Sequence record: NC_031928.1
Source: Escherichia phage WG01
DNA: 64,000 nt
Reading direction: 5' to 3' (one strand)
Part shown: positions 8,304-20,400 of the stretch, in pieces
How positions within the stretch are numbered: position 1 is the first letter of the stretch
How the letters are laid out: each line of letters begins with the position of its first letter
Made by a program: the position numbers and the translations under genes
Notes under the pieces: generated by a model
Database searches by the model: none
Seen by the model: only the letters and a program-made list of their open reading frames with translations
Told to the model about the DNA's origin: nothing

Positions 8304-9057
8304 TTTTATTTCCTAATAATTTATCAATAGTGGTGTATAGTTCAGAAAGAGTGCCGTTATTTTCAACAACAACGTCACCAGGTAAAATTGGTAGACCCGC
8401 TTCAGTGATGTGCGAGTCTTGTACTTGACCGGTTTCAGCGCGAACTACATGAATAATCGTAGCACCCATCGCTCTGAGCGAATCAATTTCGTGTGTTTGA
8501 CGAACATCAGGTACGACATAGTATTTCGCATCAGAGTATATTTTATCAAAATAGTCTAAAGCGAACAACTTAACCCAATACATCTTATCAAATTGGTTAA
8601 CAATAATATCAGTCCCAAGGGTCTGCATGAGACGACGTACTGACCAATTGTTATTTTTATTTATTACTTCAAACAGTTGGTCTTTTGTTTCTTCAGACAG
8701 ATACTGGACTGGGGTAAGACCATAATGATATGCGGTACGAACATCCATTCCTGGAATAGGAAGGATATTATTCAGTTTGACAATAGCATTTTCAAAGATA
8801 TCAATCACATCATATGGTTTTAAAGGAATGATTTCTTCACGGTCGTAACCGATACCTTCAAAACAGTTAAAATCTAGTTTAGGCATGTAACTACGGTCGA
8901 ATACAGGGTCATCAGAGATGTATTCATAGGCTTCAGCCAGATACTTTTTAATAGGACCTGCGAGCTGAAATTTTACCGAATCCATATTTTCGATTACATA
9001 GTTAGCAACGGTATCCTTACCGCTACGTTTGATTCCTACAATTGATATTAGTTTCAT
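8296..9057 (-). CDS. 1: deoxynucleoside monophosphate kinase (gp1)
   Basis: P-loop GIKRSGKDT near N-terminus; 253 aa; T4-syntenic between 57A and 3. Confidence 0.75.
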
Positions 9058-9647
9058 TATTTTCTCATAGATGGATGCATAGACATACGAGCCACTCGTT
9101 GTTCGGCATACGAATCAATTTGTGGACGACCTGTAACTATTGTACCATCTATTTCTACAGCAAACGATTTGAAGTTGAATGTTGCTGTGGCGATAATCGC
9201 CGGGTCAGAATCCTCTTTATAAGAGTACTGGATTTCCGAGAGGTCGGATGGCCAACCACCGTAGTAATGAATGCTCATTACGATTTTCTGTTTGTTGTTA
9301 TCAAGGATGTGGAGGGTGATAGCTTCCGGTTGACCTTTAGGATGCCAGGCTTCTGAATCATGGGTTACATAGTTGTTTAATGACAACATCCACTTATAAA
9401 CGTCAAGCCACGATTTCAATTCACGGTCCACAAGAAAGTTCACAATCAACGGGTCGAATTCTACAGTAGAACCTGGCAGCTTAGCACGATGTATGCCCTG
9501 GGTCGATCCTGGGACGTCTGAGACCGGAATATGGATACCCGGTAGTGTTACATCTTGTACGTTCAATTTGAATGCCTGTGTCATTCCTGCGTCACTAACC
9601 TCTAAGATAAAGTTAGTAGTGTTAGTTTGGTTAAATAAACCGTTCAT
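9057..9647 (-). CDS. 3: tail completion / sheath stabiliser protein (gp3)
   Basis: 196 aa; position between genes 1 and 2 as in T4. Confidence 0.6.
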   Translation of the reverse strand: MNGLFNQTNTTNFILEVSDAGMTQAFKLNVQDVTLPGIHIPVSDVPGSTQGIHRAKLPGSTVEFDPLIVNFLVDRELKSWLDVYKWMLSLNNYVTHDSEAWHPKGQPEAITLHILDNNKQKIVMSIHYYGGWPSDLSEIQYSYKEDSDPAIIATATFNFKSFAVEIDGTIVTGRPQIDSYAEQRVARMSMHPSMRK

Positions 9648-9729
9648 AGGGTTCCTATATTGCTTAAGTCCCAGACAGTGTATAATGGTCCTAGGTCTGT
9701 TCCATTCAATAACTGGCTGGGATAATAGA

Positions 9730-10566
9730 TTATGAATTCTTCCATACTTTCTGAGCTGAATAACGCTTGCCTTTAGACATGAACTGTTGGAGCGGCATCA
9801 TTACGACATTAGCCCAATCAGACGGTTTTATCTCTACTAAAGGTCCCTTAATATTTCCAGGGATATAAGCCTTAATCATCACGTCGGCGCCAGCGAATCC
9901 TTTTACCTTACTCCAATCGATTTTTAATTTAGTCGAGTTCGTAATGGTAGGCGTACTCGCGTATTGCTTCAGCAATTCTTCCAGAAATTGCTGACGTGCT
10001 TTAGGTGGAATATAGTGTAAGTTCAGTCCGTACATTAAATTATGCTTACCTAACCCAAGATAAATTATTAAAGGATATTTGTCCCAGTATGGTAGGGTAT
10101 CCTTATGTTTGGCATCATAGATATAAGCATAAAGCTTACCAGGAGACGGTTTAGATACCTGGTGCCCACGAATTCCTTTCTTTAATGTTTCTGTAAACCA
10201 TTTAGCCGATTTATTGTTTACAGCGGCGCCCTCGTTAGCAATCTTATCACGAATACTCTTTCTAAAACTATTCACCAAAATTAATTGACGTTCTGCTTTG
10301 GTTAATTTATTGCCAGGTTTCTTCTGAAGTTTTTCAACCTGTACAGCAGTTTTAATTCGACTCGAGTATCGAGACATCGCAGATGTAAAGCTAGAATACT
10401 TGATGCCTTTATCTTCAGCGAATTTCTTAGCCGAAACACCTTTAGCCTTAGCGTTGGCATATTCAACGCCTAAAGTTATCCATTGTTGTTCTGAACGAGT
10501 AGGCTTGGAACCTTTTGTAGTTTCAGTAGCCTCGTTGATGTAAGAAAATATACTCATCCTTTCCAT
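9730..10566 (-). CDS. 2: DNA end protector protein (gp2)
   Basis: 278 aa (T4 gp2 about 274 aa); synteny 3-2-4. Confidence 0.65.
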   Translation of the reverse strand: MERMSIFSYINEATETTKGSKPTRSEQQWITLGVEYANAKAKGVSAKKFAEDKGIKYSSFTSAMSRYSSRIKTAVQVEKLQKKPGNKLTKAERQLILVNSFRKSIRDKIANEGAAVNNKSAKWFTETLKKGIRGHQVSKPSPGKLYAYIYDAKHKDTLPYWDKYPLIIYLGLGKHNLMYGLNLHYIPPKARQQFLEELLKQYASTPTITNSTKLKIDWSKVKGFAGADVMIKAYIPGNIKGPLVEIKPSDWANVVMMPLQQFMSKGKRYSAQKVWKNS

Positions 10567-11003
10567 CCTAATTTTTTCAGTGAGTTTTCGGTAATCAATC
10601 TGAAATTAATTCCCATTTTATCTGCTGTAGCTTTAGCAGCTTTCCATTTATCTTTATTTACACTCCATGTATAATGTTCGTTGATATATCTCTTTTTAGC
10701 AGCTGTAGTCATTTTAGCAGGCGCCGCTGGAGGATGGGTCTCTTTAAAAGGTTTGACTTCGAAAAAGAATTGTTGACCATTGTCGAACTTCACCCAGAAG
10801 TCCATAAAATACCGACGTTTCTTTCCATCAGCGTTACTAAAATATGGAATCACAACCTCTTCCGAGTTCCACTGGACGACATTAGGATGGTTGTCAAGCC
10901 AACGCATAAGCCATGCTTCCCAAGAGGAACGATATTGGATTTTCTTCCAATCACCTTTATATTTTTGTAAGTTTGTAGGTTTAAATTTCCCTGAGTAGGC
11001 CAT
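10554..11003 (-). CDS. 4: head completion protein (gp4)
   Basis: 149 aa; N-terminus MAYSGKFKP is T4 gp4-like; divergent from gene 53. Confidence 0.7.
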   Translation of the reverse strand: MAYSGKFKPTNLQKYKGDWKKIQYRSSWEAWLMRWLDNHPNVVQWNSEEVVIPYFSNADGKKRRYFMDFWVKFDNGQQFFFEVKPFKETHPPAAPAKMTTAAKKRYINEHYTWSVNKDKWKAAKATADKMGINFRLITENSLKKLGWKG

Positions 11004-11013
11004 AGTGCCTCCT

Positions 11014-11021
11014 TATAAATA
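11014..11021 (+). promoter_or_regulatory. late promoter (TATAAATA) for gene 53
   Basis: Exact TATAAATA about 28 nt upstream of the gene 53 ATG. Confidence 0.6.
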
Positions 11022-11048
11022 TTAATATTATTTATACTCGGAGGCACT

Positions 11049-11651
11049 ATGCTCTTCTCATTTTTCGATCCTATAAATTACGAATCAAAAACAGTCAAGC
11101 CAGATTCCGGCTCATTAACTGATGCCGATGTACTGAGCGTACCGATGACTGATATATTTAGAAACTATAAAGAATATTTTGATAAAGTGGCTAAAAATTA
11201 TACACTTAAAACATATTATATCAGTGGGGCCCCTCGTCCAGAAGAATTAGCCCATCAACTTTATGGTAACGTGCAATTATATTGGGTTTTATTGATGTGT
11301 AATAACGTATATGACCCTTATTACGGCTGGATTACAGGCCAAGAATCTGCGTATCAAGCAGCTATTCAACGTTATGCTACTGCAGGCGGAAACCAAGTCC
11401 TTTATCATGTCAATGAAAAGGGTGAGAAATTCTGGAATCTAGTAAATACTCCGGAAAATCCTTATACTTGGTACGATAAAGGTGATACAGAAAAACGTTA
11501 TCCTCAATATGAAGGTCCTTTGGCTGCAGTAGATATTTACGAGGACGCCATTCGTAAAAATGAATATAAGCGCGAAATAAAGATTATAGACCCTAATGAC
11601 ATCGAGTCCTTTGTTTCCGCTTTAATTAGAGAAATGGAGAAAGCCCTCTAA
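11049..11651 (+). CDS. 53: baseplate wedge protein gp53
   Basis: 200 aa; late promoter upstream; directly precedes gene 5. Confidence 0.75.
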   Translation: MLFSFFDPINYESKTVKPDSGSLTDADVLSVPMTDIFRNYKEYFDKVAKNYTLKTYYISGAPRPEELAHQLYGNVQLYWVLLMCNNVYDPYYGWITGQESAYQAAIQRYATAGGNQVLYHVNEKGEKFWNLVNTPENPYTWYDKGDTEKRYPQYEGPLAAVDIYEDAIRKNEYKREIKIIDPNDIESFVSALIREMEKAL

Positions 11652-13438
11652 TGATTAACATGTCTGATAATGTAAGTTGGTTCGTCGGTGTAGTTGAAGA
11701 CCGAATGGACCCACTCCAACAAGGCCGAGTACGCGTGCGCGTATGGGGTATGCATCCCTATGAAAAGGTGCAAGGTCCTGTAAAAGGCCTTCGTACAGAA
11801 GATTTACCATGGATGTCGGTATTAATGCCTACATCTTCTGCCTCTGTTTCAGGTATCCAAACCGCTATGACTGGTATGGTCCCCGGTACACAAGTTTATG
11901 GTCACTTTCTTGATAAGTGGAAATTAAACGGACTTGTCCTTGGTACATACGGTTCCGCTTCAAGACAGAAGGCTAATCCTAATGAAGGGTTTAGTGACCC
12001 TACAGGCCAATATCCGCTTTATTTAGGTAACGATGCTGCTGCTTTAAACCGAGGTGGTGAAGTTGGATACGATGCCACTTCTAACGTAATACAAGATGCA
12101 AACACTGATGTAGGTATTAATCCTGACGGGTTGGATTTAAGTCAAGTCAAACCAGACGATAATCCTAATTTCACAATAGAAAACATGCTTCATCGTGATG
12201 AAGGGCTTAGACTGAAGGTATATTGGGATACCGAAGGTTATCCTACTATAGGTATAGGCCACCTTATCACACCACAACCTATTAGAGATATGAATCGAAT
12301 AAACAAAATATTATCTAATCAGGTAGGACGAGAAGTTAAAGGTAACCCTGGTGCAATATCAATGGATGAGGCTTCTAAATTATTCCAAGAAGACCTTAAA
12401 AAAGTCCAAAACGATATAGGTCGGCATAGTGTTGTAGGTCCTGTTTACAATAAAGAAAACCGTTCAAGACAAATGGCTCTTGAAAACATGGCTTTCCAAA
12501 TGGGATTAGGTGGATTGGCTAAATTCCGTGGAATGCTTAGTGCAATGCTAATAGGCGATTATAAAAAGGCATTTGAGGAAGCTCGTAATTCAGTATGGTT
12601 TAACCAAACTAAAGGTCGCGCATCAAGGGTGTCAATGATTATCCTCACAGGTAACATGGAATCATATGGTATTATGGCCCCTAAAGAAAGGTCATTTAAT
12701 GGCCGTTCGTATAGAATGATTCAAACCTTTGTGGCCCCTACAAATTCAGACCCTGCCGACCCGTGGACTCCAGAAGACACAAGGATTCTTTTTAAAGAAC
12801 CTGATTCTAGTTATAAAGGCGAATATCCATATGTCCAAACCATGCAAACTGAAGGCGGGCATATCCAAGAATTCGATAATACCCCAGGGCAAGAACGATA
12901 CCGTTTAATCCATCCTACCGGTAGTTATGAAGAAGTTGCTCCTGATGGACGTAAAACTTCTAAGACGGTAGCCGATGGTTATTATATGACCCAAGGCGAT
13001 TCAAATACTTATGTTGGTGGTAATAATAAAGTCAACGTTGGTGGCGATGAAACCTATTATAATATGGCAAACGTGCGCCGTCAAACTGATGGGTCTGAAA
13101 GCATTCATATTCGAGGGAATGAAACCAAAACTGTAGAAGGTAATGGAACTCTGCTTGTTAAAGGAAATGTTAAAATAGTTATTATGGGTACTGCTGATAT
13201 AACTGTTGAACAAGAAGCATATATTACGGTTGAAAAAGATACAACAGTTAATGTCAACCAGAATGCAGATATAAGCGTTAAACAAAAGGCCACAATCAAT
13301 GCTCAAAATATGGATGTAAATGTCGAACAAGATTTAAATTTTGCAGCGACGAACATTAATTTAAACGCATCAAATACTGTGCATATGGATGGCGGTTCAT
13401 TAGCTAAAGTATCTGGTGGCAACGTACAGGTCGGTTAA
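11651..13438 (+). CDS. 5: baseplate central spike with lysozyme domain (gp5)
   Basis: 595 aa; T4-lysozyme-like segment LRLKVYWDTEGYPTIGIGHLI; C-terminal repetitive beta-helix-like region. Confidence 0.9.
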   Translation: MINMSDNVSWFVGVVEDRMDPLQQGRVRVRVWGMHPYEKVQGPVKGLRTEDLPWMSVLMPTSSASVSGIQTAMTGMVPGTQVYGHFLDKWKLNGLVLGTYGSASRQKANPNEGFSDPTGQYPLYLGNDAAALNRGGEVGYDATSNVIQDANTDVGINPDGLDLSQVKPDDNPNFTIENMLHRDEGLRLKVYWDTEGYPTIGIGHLITPQPIRDMNRINKILSNQVGREVKGNPGAISMDEASKLFQEDLKKVQNDIGRHSVVGPVYNKENRSRQMALENMAFQMGLGGLAKFRGMLSAMLIGDYKKAFEEARNSVWFNQTKGRASRVSMIILTGNMESYGIMAPKERSFNGRSYRMIQTFVAPTNSDPADPWTPEDTRILFKEPDSSYKGEYPYVQTMQTEGGHIQEFDNTPGQERYRLIHPTGSYEEVAPDGRKTSKTVADGYYMTQGDSNTYVGGNNKVNVGGDETYYNMANVRRQTDGSESIHIRGNETKTVEGNGTLLVKGNVKIVIMGTADITVEQEAYITVEKDTTVNVNQNADISVKQKATINAQNMDVNVEQDLNFAATNINLNASNTVHMDGGSLAKVSGGNVQVG

Positions 13439-13439
13439 T

Positions 13440-15503
13440 ATGAATTACTACGATAAAGTTGATGAAGTGGTAGGGACTGTAACAAGTCCCTGTGATGACG
13501 CAGTAGGACCCGGTGAATATCGCCGGGTTAAATGGGAATTATATAACCCAACAGGTGCTTTTATTCAACCTGGGAATGGCGTTGAATGGGATACCGAGAT
13601 TATTCCACTAGCTACACATTTATACACACAAAATCCATTTGGTAATAAGTCCGAAACTTTTCCTGCACCTCCCCCACCGGAAGATGGAACAAGTCAAGGT
13701 ATCTGGTGTGCTAAACTCGGAATATTCTTTATTACGCAATTGGATTTAGAAAATTATGTAGAATCGATTGGTGCAACTCTTTTGCCCGGTAATGATTGGT
13801 ACGGCGCTGATTTATCAAAATCTGTATTGTATAAAACATCTATTGAATATGATATGTATCGCATCGAAAACTGTGGCGGTGTATGGACATCACAAGGCCC
13901 CAGAATGGACCCCAGGACGATGATTGCAGTTACGGCTGATTATCATATGTATGTCAACTTTAACGGCCTTGGTGACTCCCGCAGGGCTTATTTGAAGTAC
14001 TATGAGACAAAACCTTGTACTTATGTTGGACTGGTATTAAATCTAGATGTTGATATGAGTATCCCAGGAACTCCGATTCCGGGACCGGTATCCATCGGGT
14101 CTTTACCGCCAGAAATAACCGGGCGAGCCAGGGCAATAAGCTGTGTTCCTTTTACAGCGGAATTCCCTTACAACGGATTGACCAATGCGATTATGGCTTC
14201 ATGGAATACATCTAGGAATTCATTCAAATTATATTGGGATATGCTCCCTGGATGGCCATCATCTGGTGGAACCGATTGGGAAAAATTCTTCGATTCTGGT
14301 TATAGTAAGCTATCGGTCGCAATGGAAGAGCTAGGCAACTCGGCTGTTGCTATGTGTCAATATGTTCAGCAAATGGCTTTTCTTGCATTTAAAGATGCCA
14401 TATCACAGGTCTTGAATATTGTTGGCGGTGGGTGGGACTTACTTAAAAGCTTTTTACCCTCGATTACTATTATGGGCATGACTATTGACCTAGAAGACCT
14501 CTGCACTTCAGGTGATGGTGTACAGAAATTAAAAGAAGCATGGAAAAACTTTAATTTAGAAGAAACCATCCAATCGATTTATTCTGCCATTGGGTCTGCA
14601 TACGATTATTCGGTTGAACGCGTCAAGATGTATTCGCGTGACCTTATTGATGCAATTACAGACTTGTATGACTGGGCCTGGTCTCAATTGCTTATGGCTG
14701 GTGTTGCATTATCAAAACTGTGTGTAGACCTCGCTCAAATATGGAGTATGCCTCCTATAGTTCCGAACCCAGTTTGGAGCGTTATTACTGCGGTCAAGGA
14801 AATGATGAAGCAAGTTAAACCACTGGACATGATAATGAGCGGTAACTTTCCAGGATTCACAGCATCAGATGTTTATCAAATGGTTATGGAAAAGGTAGAC
14901 CAGAAAATAGACGAAGCTTATGCAATGATTGAGGCTCTTAAAACCCAGGCACTCAATCTGTGGAATGAGATTAAGCTCAAAAAGCAAGAAGTACAAAAAC
15001 AAGCTATTGAATTTAAACAATATCTTTCAGGAATGTACGAAAAAGTTACAGACGAGCTAACTGCTCAGAAGGAAGCCGCATTAGCACAAGCTGAAGCTGC
15101 ACTCGAACTTTTAAAGAATAAATATAATCAGATTAAGAACTCTATTACCGAAAGTCAAACCTCCGTTTCTGATGTATTAGATATGGCTTTAGAAGAATTC
15201 AAAAAACTTCCTATTGTGGCTCAAATGGAAGAACTTCTCGGTATGCTCGGAGCTACTGTAGATGATATCATGGTTATATACGAGAACTCAGTAACTAAAG
15301 CAAAATCTTTATATCACGAATTTACTGATGGTTCCAGGTCAATGAAAGACTTGTGCAAATCAATGTATAACCAAATATCAACATTATCCTTAAGTAAGGT
15401 GGTACAATGGATTAATAAGATGCTGGGAATATTCGGTTTAACGATTGCATTTCCATCCCTTTCCATTTGCATACCTTGTTTAGAATCTCCTACTAGGAAT
15501 TAA
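13440..15503 (+). CDS. large hypothetical protein inserted between genes 5 and 6
   Basis: ORF track 13416..15503 starts at GTG; ATG at 13440 sits in a TAATATG junction with the gene 5 stop; 688 aa with Pro-rich PAPPPPEDG, C-terminal coiled coil and hydrophobic tail; no T4 gene of this size here. Confidence 0.6.
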   Translation: MNYYDKVDEVVGTVTSPCDDAVGPGEYRRVKWELYNPTGAFIQPGNGVEWDTEIIPLATHLYTQNPFGNKSETFPAPPPPEDGTSQGIWCAKLGIFFITQLDLENYVESIGATLLPGNDWYGADLSKSVLYKTSIEYDMYRIENCGGVWTSQGPRMDPRTMIAVTADYHMYVNFNGLGDSRRAYLKYYETKPCTYVGLVLNLDVDMSIPGTPIPGPVSIGSLPPEITGRARAISCVPFTAEFPYNGLTNAIMASWNTSRNSFKLYWDMLPGWPSSGGTDWEKFFDSGYSKLSVAMEELGNSAVAMCQYVQQMAFLAFKDAISQVLNIVGGGWDLLKSFLPSITIMGMTIDLEDLCTSGDGVQKLKEAWKNFNLEETIQSIYSAIGSAYDYSVERVKMYSRDLIDAITDLYDWAWSQLLMAGVALSKLCVDLAQIWSMPPIVPNPVWSVITAVKEMMKQVKPLDMIMSGNFPGFTASDVYQMVMEKVDQKIDEAYAMIEALKTQALNLWNEIKLKKQEVQKQAIEFKQYLSGMYEKVTDELTAQKEAALAQAEAALELLKNKYNQIKNSITESQTSVSDVLDMALEEFKKLPIVAQMEELLGMLGATVDDIMVIYENSVTKAKSLYHEFTDGSRSMKDLCKSMYNQISTLSLSKVVQWINKMLGIFGLTIAFPSLSICIPCLESPTRN

Positions 15504-15504
15504 A

Positions 15505-17463
15505 ATGGCTACTCCTACGAATTACCAATTAACAAGAACCGTTAACGCTATCCCAAAAGTATTTGTGGGAGCTACGTTTGAAGAGATTAAAAAGAATATT
15601 ATCGATTGGCTTTCTAGCCAGGACGAATTTAAGGATTACGATTTCGTTGGTTCGCGAATGAATATCCTGATTGACATGTTAGCTTACAACACCCTGTATA
15701 TGCAGCAGTTTGCTAATACCGCGGTATATGAATCTTTCATCGGTACTGCTAACTTGCGTTCCTCCGTCGTCCAGGCTGCACAGGATAACGGCTATTTGCC
15801 AAGTTCTAAATCAGCAGCCAAAACAAGTATCATGTTGACCTGTACCCAAGCCCTGAATGAAAAGAATATTCGTATCCCACGTGGTACTAAATTCTTGGCC
15901 TATGCCCGTGATACTTCAGCAGACCCGTATGCTTTTGTTACCACGGAAAACGTTATTGCCGTACGTGATGTTAATAACCAATATCTTCCTATCGTATCTT
16001 TAGCACAAGGTCGTATTATCCGTACTGAACTTAAGTATGACCCTAAAACTCCTATTCTTATTCGTGACCCGGATATTGATAGACAGGAAGTTAAACTTTA
16101 TGTCGATGGCGCAGAATGGACTAACTGGACTAATAAATCCATGGTTCATGCTGGTAGTACATCAACAATTTACTATATGCGTGAAACCGTAGATGGTAAT
16201 ACTGAATTCTTCTTTGGTGAAGGTGTTGCTGAAAAATCAGTTGCAGGTGGGGTATTAGAAGCTAATTATATTGGTGGTTTAAAACCTGTTAAAGATGCTA
16301 CCATTGTTATAGAATACCTTCGTACAGATGGTGAAGTTGCTAACGGGGCAGTGGACTTTAGTTATGCGGATTCTTTGGCATATATTACGGTTGAAAAAAT
16401 TACAGAAAACTACGATGAAAACCCGGATTATGTAGGTGCTGACGGTGGTGGTGACCCTGAAGATATTGAACGTATTCGTGAACTTGCTGTAGTTAAACGT
16501 GAAGCCCAGATGCGTGCTGTAACCGGTACAGATTATGATACATTCGTTTCGGAGCGATTTGGTTCTATTGTACAAGCAGTACAAACCTTTACAGACCCAA
16601 ATAAACCAGGTTATGCCTTTGTTACCATTAAACCTAAATCAGGATTGTATTTGACTGCGGTTCAACGCGAAGATATCCAAAATTATCTTTCAGAATTTAA
16701 CTTGGCACCTATTACCCCTTCGGTTATTTCTCCTGACTACTTGTTCTTGAAGCATAAAATTAAGGTTTCATATGCACTGAACAAATTACAGGAATCCGAA
16801 CAATGGTTAACGGCTCAAATCCTTTCCCAAATAGACCGTTATTATATTAACGAAGTTGAAATATTCAACCACGGATTTGCCAAGTCTAAAATGCTGACTT
16901 ATATTGATAATGCAGACCACAGTATCCTTGGCTCTTCGGCTACGGTAACAATGGTTCGCGAGGTATTAAACTTCTTCAAAACACCTGAAGCAGGTATTAA
17001 ATACTATAATCAATACACCAACCGTTCTGTAACTTCTAGTGAATTTGAGTTCGTCCCAACAAACGTATCTGATGTTGTTAAATCTTACAACGTACGTATT
17101 GTTGCCACAGATAAAGACGAACGAGGCGATGGTAAAATGGTTATAGGTCCTTTCCGACCTGGCGATGTAATTGAAAACCAATACATCCAACCTTACACCG
17201 GAGATGACTTCGATAAAATGGCAGCGCCTGCAGACCAATCGGTCTACTATGTTATTGGCGAAATTGATTATTACTCGGACTTTATTTTCTGGGATATCGC
17301 CGCAATAGGCCTTACTTCCGACCGTTTTGAAGTCCAGTCTATTGAACTTTATGCAGGGCCAGACCAAGACAACATCTTTACCAAAGACGGTTCTTTAATC
17401 GTATTTGAAGATGACCTTCGTCCTCAGTACACAACTATAGAGTTGGAACCAATTACAATATAA
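15505..17463 (+). CDS. 6: baseplate wedge protein gp6
   Basis: 652 aa; N-terminus MATPTNYQLTRT is T4 gp6-like. Confidence 0.9.
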   Translation: MATPTNYQLTRTVNAIPKVFVGATFEEIKKNIIDWLSSQDEFKDYDFVGSRMNILIDMLAYNTLYMQQFANTAVYESFIGTANLRSSVVQAAQDNGYLPSSKSAAKTSIMLTCTQALNEKNIRIPRGTKFLAYARDTSADPYAFVTTENVIAVRDVNNQYLPIVSLAQGRIIRTELKYDPKTPILIRDPDIDRQEVKLYVDGAEWTNWTNKSMVHAGSTSTIYYMRETVDGNTEFFFGEGVAEKSVAGGVLEANYIGGLKPVKDATIVIEYLRTDGEVANGAVDFSYADSLAYITVEKITENYDENPDYVGADGGGDPEDIERIRELAVVKREAQMRAVTGTDYDTFVSERFGSIVQAVQTFTDPNKPGYAFVTIKPKSGLYLTAVQREDIQNYLSEFNLAPITPSVISPDYLFLKHKIKVSYALNKLQESEQWLTAQILSQIDRYYINEVEIFNHGFAKSKMLTYIDNADHSILGSSATVTMVREVLNFFKTPEAGIKYYNQYTNRSVTSSEFEFVPTNVSDVVKSYNVRIVATDKDERGDGKMVIGPFRPGDVIENQYIQPYTGDDFDKMAAPADQSVYYVIGEIDYYSDFIFWDIAAIGLTSDRFEVQSIELYAGPDQDNIFTKDGSLIVFEDDLRPQYTTIELEPITI

Positions 17464-17480
17464 ACCTCTTCGGAGGTTTA
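17463..17480 (+). other. intercistronic hairpin between genes 6 and 7
   Basis: AACCTCTTCGGAGGTT (UUCG tetraloop) directly before the gene 7 RBS; no U-run. Confidence 0.4.
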
Positions 17481-17490
17481 AGGAGATTTA

Positions 17491-20400
17491 ATGTCTGTAC
17501 AAGCGCCTTATGTTACTAGTCTGAGAATTGATAAACTCTCGGCTAACCATGTGAGCATTCTTTGGGATGACGTAGGCGCCAACTTCTATTATTTCGTAGA
17601 ACTGGCCCAAACGAAGGATGCGGGTGTAGAAATTCCCGACGATAGATTATTTTGGAGAAATTTAGGTTACACCCCTAATAACGAATGGTTTGAAGAGGCA
17701 TTCATTTCTCCTAATTCATTTTATAAAATGCGAGTTGCGGTGGCCGCCCAGGGGTTTGAGCAGTCCGAATGGGTTTACACTGAAGAATTTGAAACTTTCT
17801 CTACCAACGCATATACATTTGAGCATATGCGCGAATTCACTTTGTCTAATAAATTTATTGAAGAAAAATTCACAAAAAATAATCAGAATTATGTGAACTT
17901 TAATACCGATGCCATTATGGCTTCCTTAATGACGGAAGATTTTAACTTTACGCCAGCGTATTCGCATTTGTCATCTATATCAAATTATGTTTTAAAAGCC
18001 GACCGTTTCCATGAAATCCAAGGAAGCATCCAAGCGGTTTGTAAAGACCCTAAACGTTCTATTTTAATGGAACTTGGTGGTGTACTTTACCTTTTAGAAA
18101 GATTCCAAAGTACTGCTAAGGTTTCTAATGATAAAGGGCAGAACTGGCATTATATCCGTTTGTTTAATGACCGAGTAGGTAACCCTGTTTCGCGTACAGC
18201 ACATTACCAAACTGAAACTACTACGTATGTTCTAGGTTATGACCAAATATTTTACGGACGTAAATCAAGTGATATTCGTTGGTCTGCTGATGATGTCCGT
18301 TTTAGCTCCCAAGATATAACATTTGCTAAAATAGGTAGTGATATCGACCTTCCATTTGAAATCGAGATATTTGGGTCATATGCAAAACTTCCTTTGCCTA
18401 TTTCCACTATTGCTGAAGCTATATGCGCTTCTGATGATTTCATTTATGTTGCAGGTAGAGACAGAGTTTATAAAGCAAAAACATCTGAGGCCCCTATAGA
18501 CACCGACCCTAGTTCTCCGACTTATGGAGAGAAGATATTTGAAAGCGGATATTCGACTATCACAGGGAACCCTAAAGCAGTTTGTTATAAATTAGATTCT
18601 ATCCAAGGCCATACATTTGCTTTAATTACAGGTGAAGTTAAAGAAGAAAAAATGGACCCTACGGTCGAATCCAATGTGGTTGATTCTGAATCCAAAGGTG
18701 TTTATTGGTTAGACACTTCAACTGATACATGGACCCGTGTATTTGGAAACACTGAAGAAGAACGTCGTCGTATAGAGCATGGATATACCAGCATGTCTAC
18801 TGATGGAGAGGAATTATTTTTCAGTTCAAGCAACTTTAGATATGAAGTAGAGGTTGATTCTGAGCTTCCTTTGGAATACCCTGAAATTGTCACCTCCGCC
18901 GTTAAATATGTTAAAGATGAACAATGGATTCACGATAAACATTATTTGATGATGAGTTTTAGGTCTAACTCTAAATCCGATTTCAAAGAATTTAAACCTG
19001 GGCGTATGGCTTATTATGCCGAACCATTCTTTAGTTGGTCTCGACGCGATGGAACCCGTTCATGGATTACCACTGGTGACCATGCGATGGTTGTTTATAA
19101 CGATGCTTTATACCAGAAAATTATCGACCTGAACAGTGGTTCTTCACCTGAACGTATTGTTCATGAGATTTGGAATAAAGGTTTTTGTAAAGTCACATCT
19201 CCTAATATAGAGTTCAACGGCTTTAAGAAATATTCTTCTGGAATGATGATTCACAAATCTACAGGTGAATTGGTTGGATATTTTGAATTCGACTATCGTG
19301 TACGCGATGAAGTCCGTGTTATTTGGAAGCCTAAAGAAATTATGTTTACGGCTGAATTGCAAAACCAAGAACATGAAATCCCGTGGAAACCTAAAGAGGA
19401 AGTTGGTGAGCAAGACCCGGACCTCCAGCCTTTACTGGTTAAAATGATTCCAGATAGTTATTTGCTTCAAGATAGCAACTTTGAAAAATTCTGTGAATAC
19501 TATCTCCAATTTATTAGTGATGGCTCAGGTACACACTATAATAATTTGTTGAATCTTATTCGTAACCAATACCCACGTGAAGAAGATTCATGGGAATATT
19601 TGTGGTCGGAAATCTATAAGCGTAATATCTATTTGTCGAAAGAAAAACGCGACGAAGTAGTTCGTTTTTTCCAGGCGCGCCAAACCGATTTTTGGTCTAC
19701 AAAAGGTACCGAAGCTTCATATAAATTCCTGTTTAAATTGCTTTACAATGAAGATGTAGAAATTGATATCGAGTCCAAGAACTCTATCGAATATGATATC
19801 ATCGTAGAATCTGATAATATCAGTGAAGATATCGTAGGCCAAACGATTTATACTCCTACAGGTCGTAGTAATGTTACTTATATAGAACGAAATTACAAAG
19901 ATGGTAAACTGCAATGGCGTTTAACCATTCATAATCTTTTAGGTCGTTTTATAGTCGGACAGGAAATTAAATCTGAACGTACTTCGTTCAAGGGTATGAT
20001 TGTTCAGGGCGTACGTGGTAAAGAGCTTTTGAGTAACAATATCGACTATATCAACCGTAACCGTTCTTATTATGTGATGACCATTAAGTCTAATCTCCCT
20101 ACTTCTCGTTATCGCAACGATGTTTTGAGATTTGTTCATCCAGTAGGTTTCGGCTTTGTAGGTATAACTTTGCTTTCTATGTTCGTTAACGTAGGTTTAA
20201 CGCTAAAACATACAGAAACTATTATTAATATCCTTAAGAACTACAAATGGGACTCAGGTTTGCCATCTGAATGGTATGATAGAGTTGCTGTAATAGGTTT
20301 TGATGGTAATATAGAACGAGACCCTAGAACAGGACTTCCGGTTTATAACGTTGGACCTAAAGCAGGAGAACCGTTTGATATCCCTGCAGATTATGATGCG

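Noticed and set aside
13416-13439. GTG start proposed by the ORF track for the gene after gene 5
   Set aside because: The GTG lies inside the gene 5 coding region; the ATG at 13440 in a TAATATG stop-start junction is the more plausible initiator.
17464-17490. Hairpin between genes 6 and 7 as a transcription terminator
   Set aside because: No U-run follows and gene 7 starts 11 nt downstream with its own RBS; kept only as an intercistronic structure.
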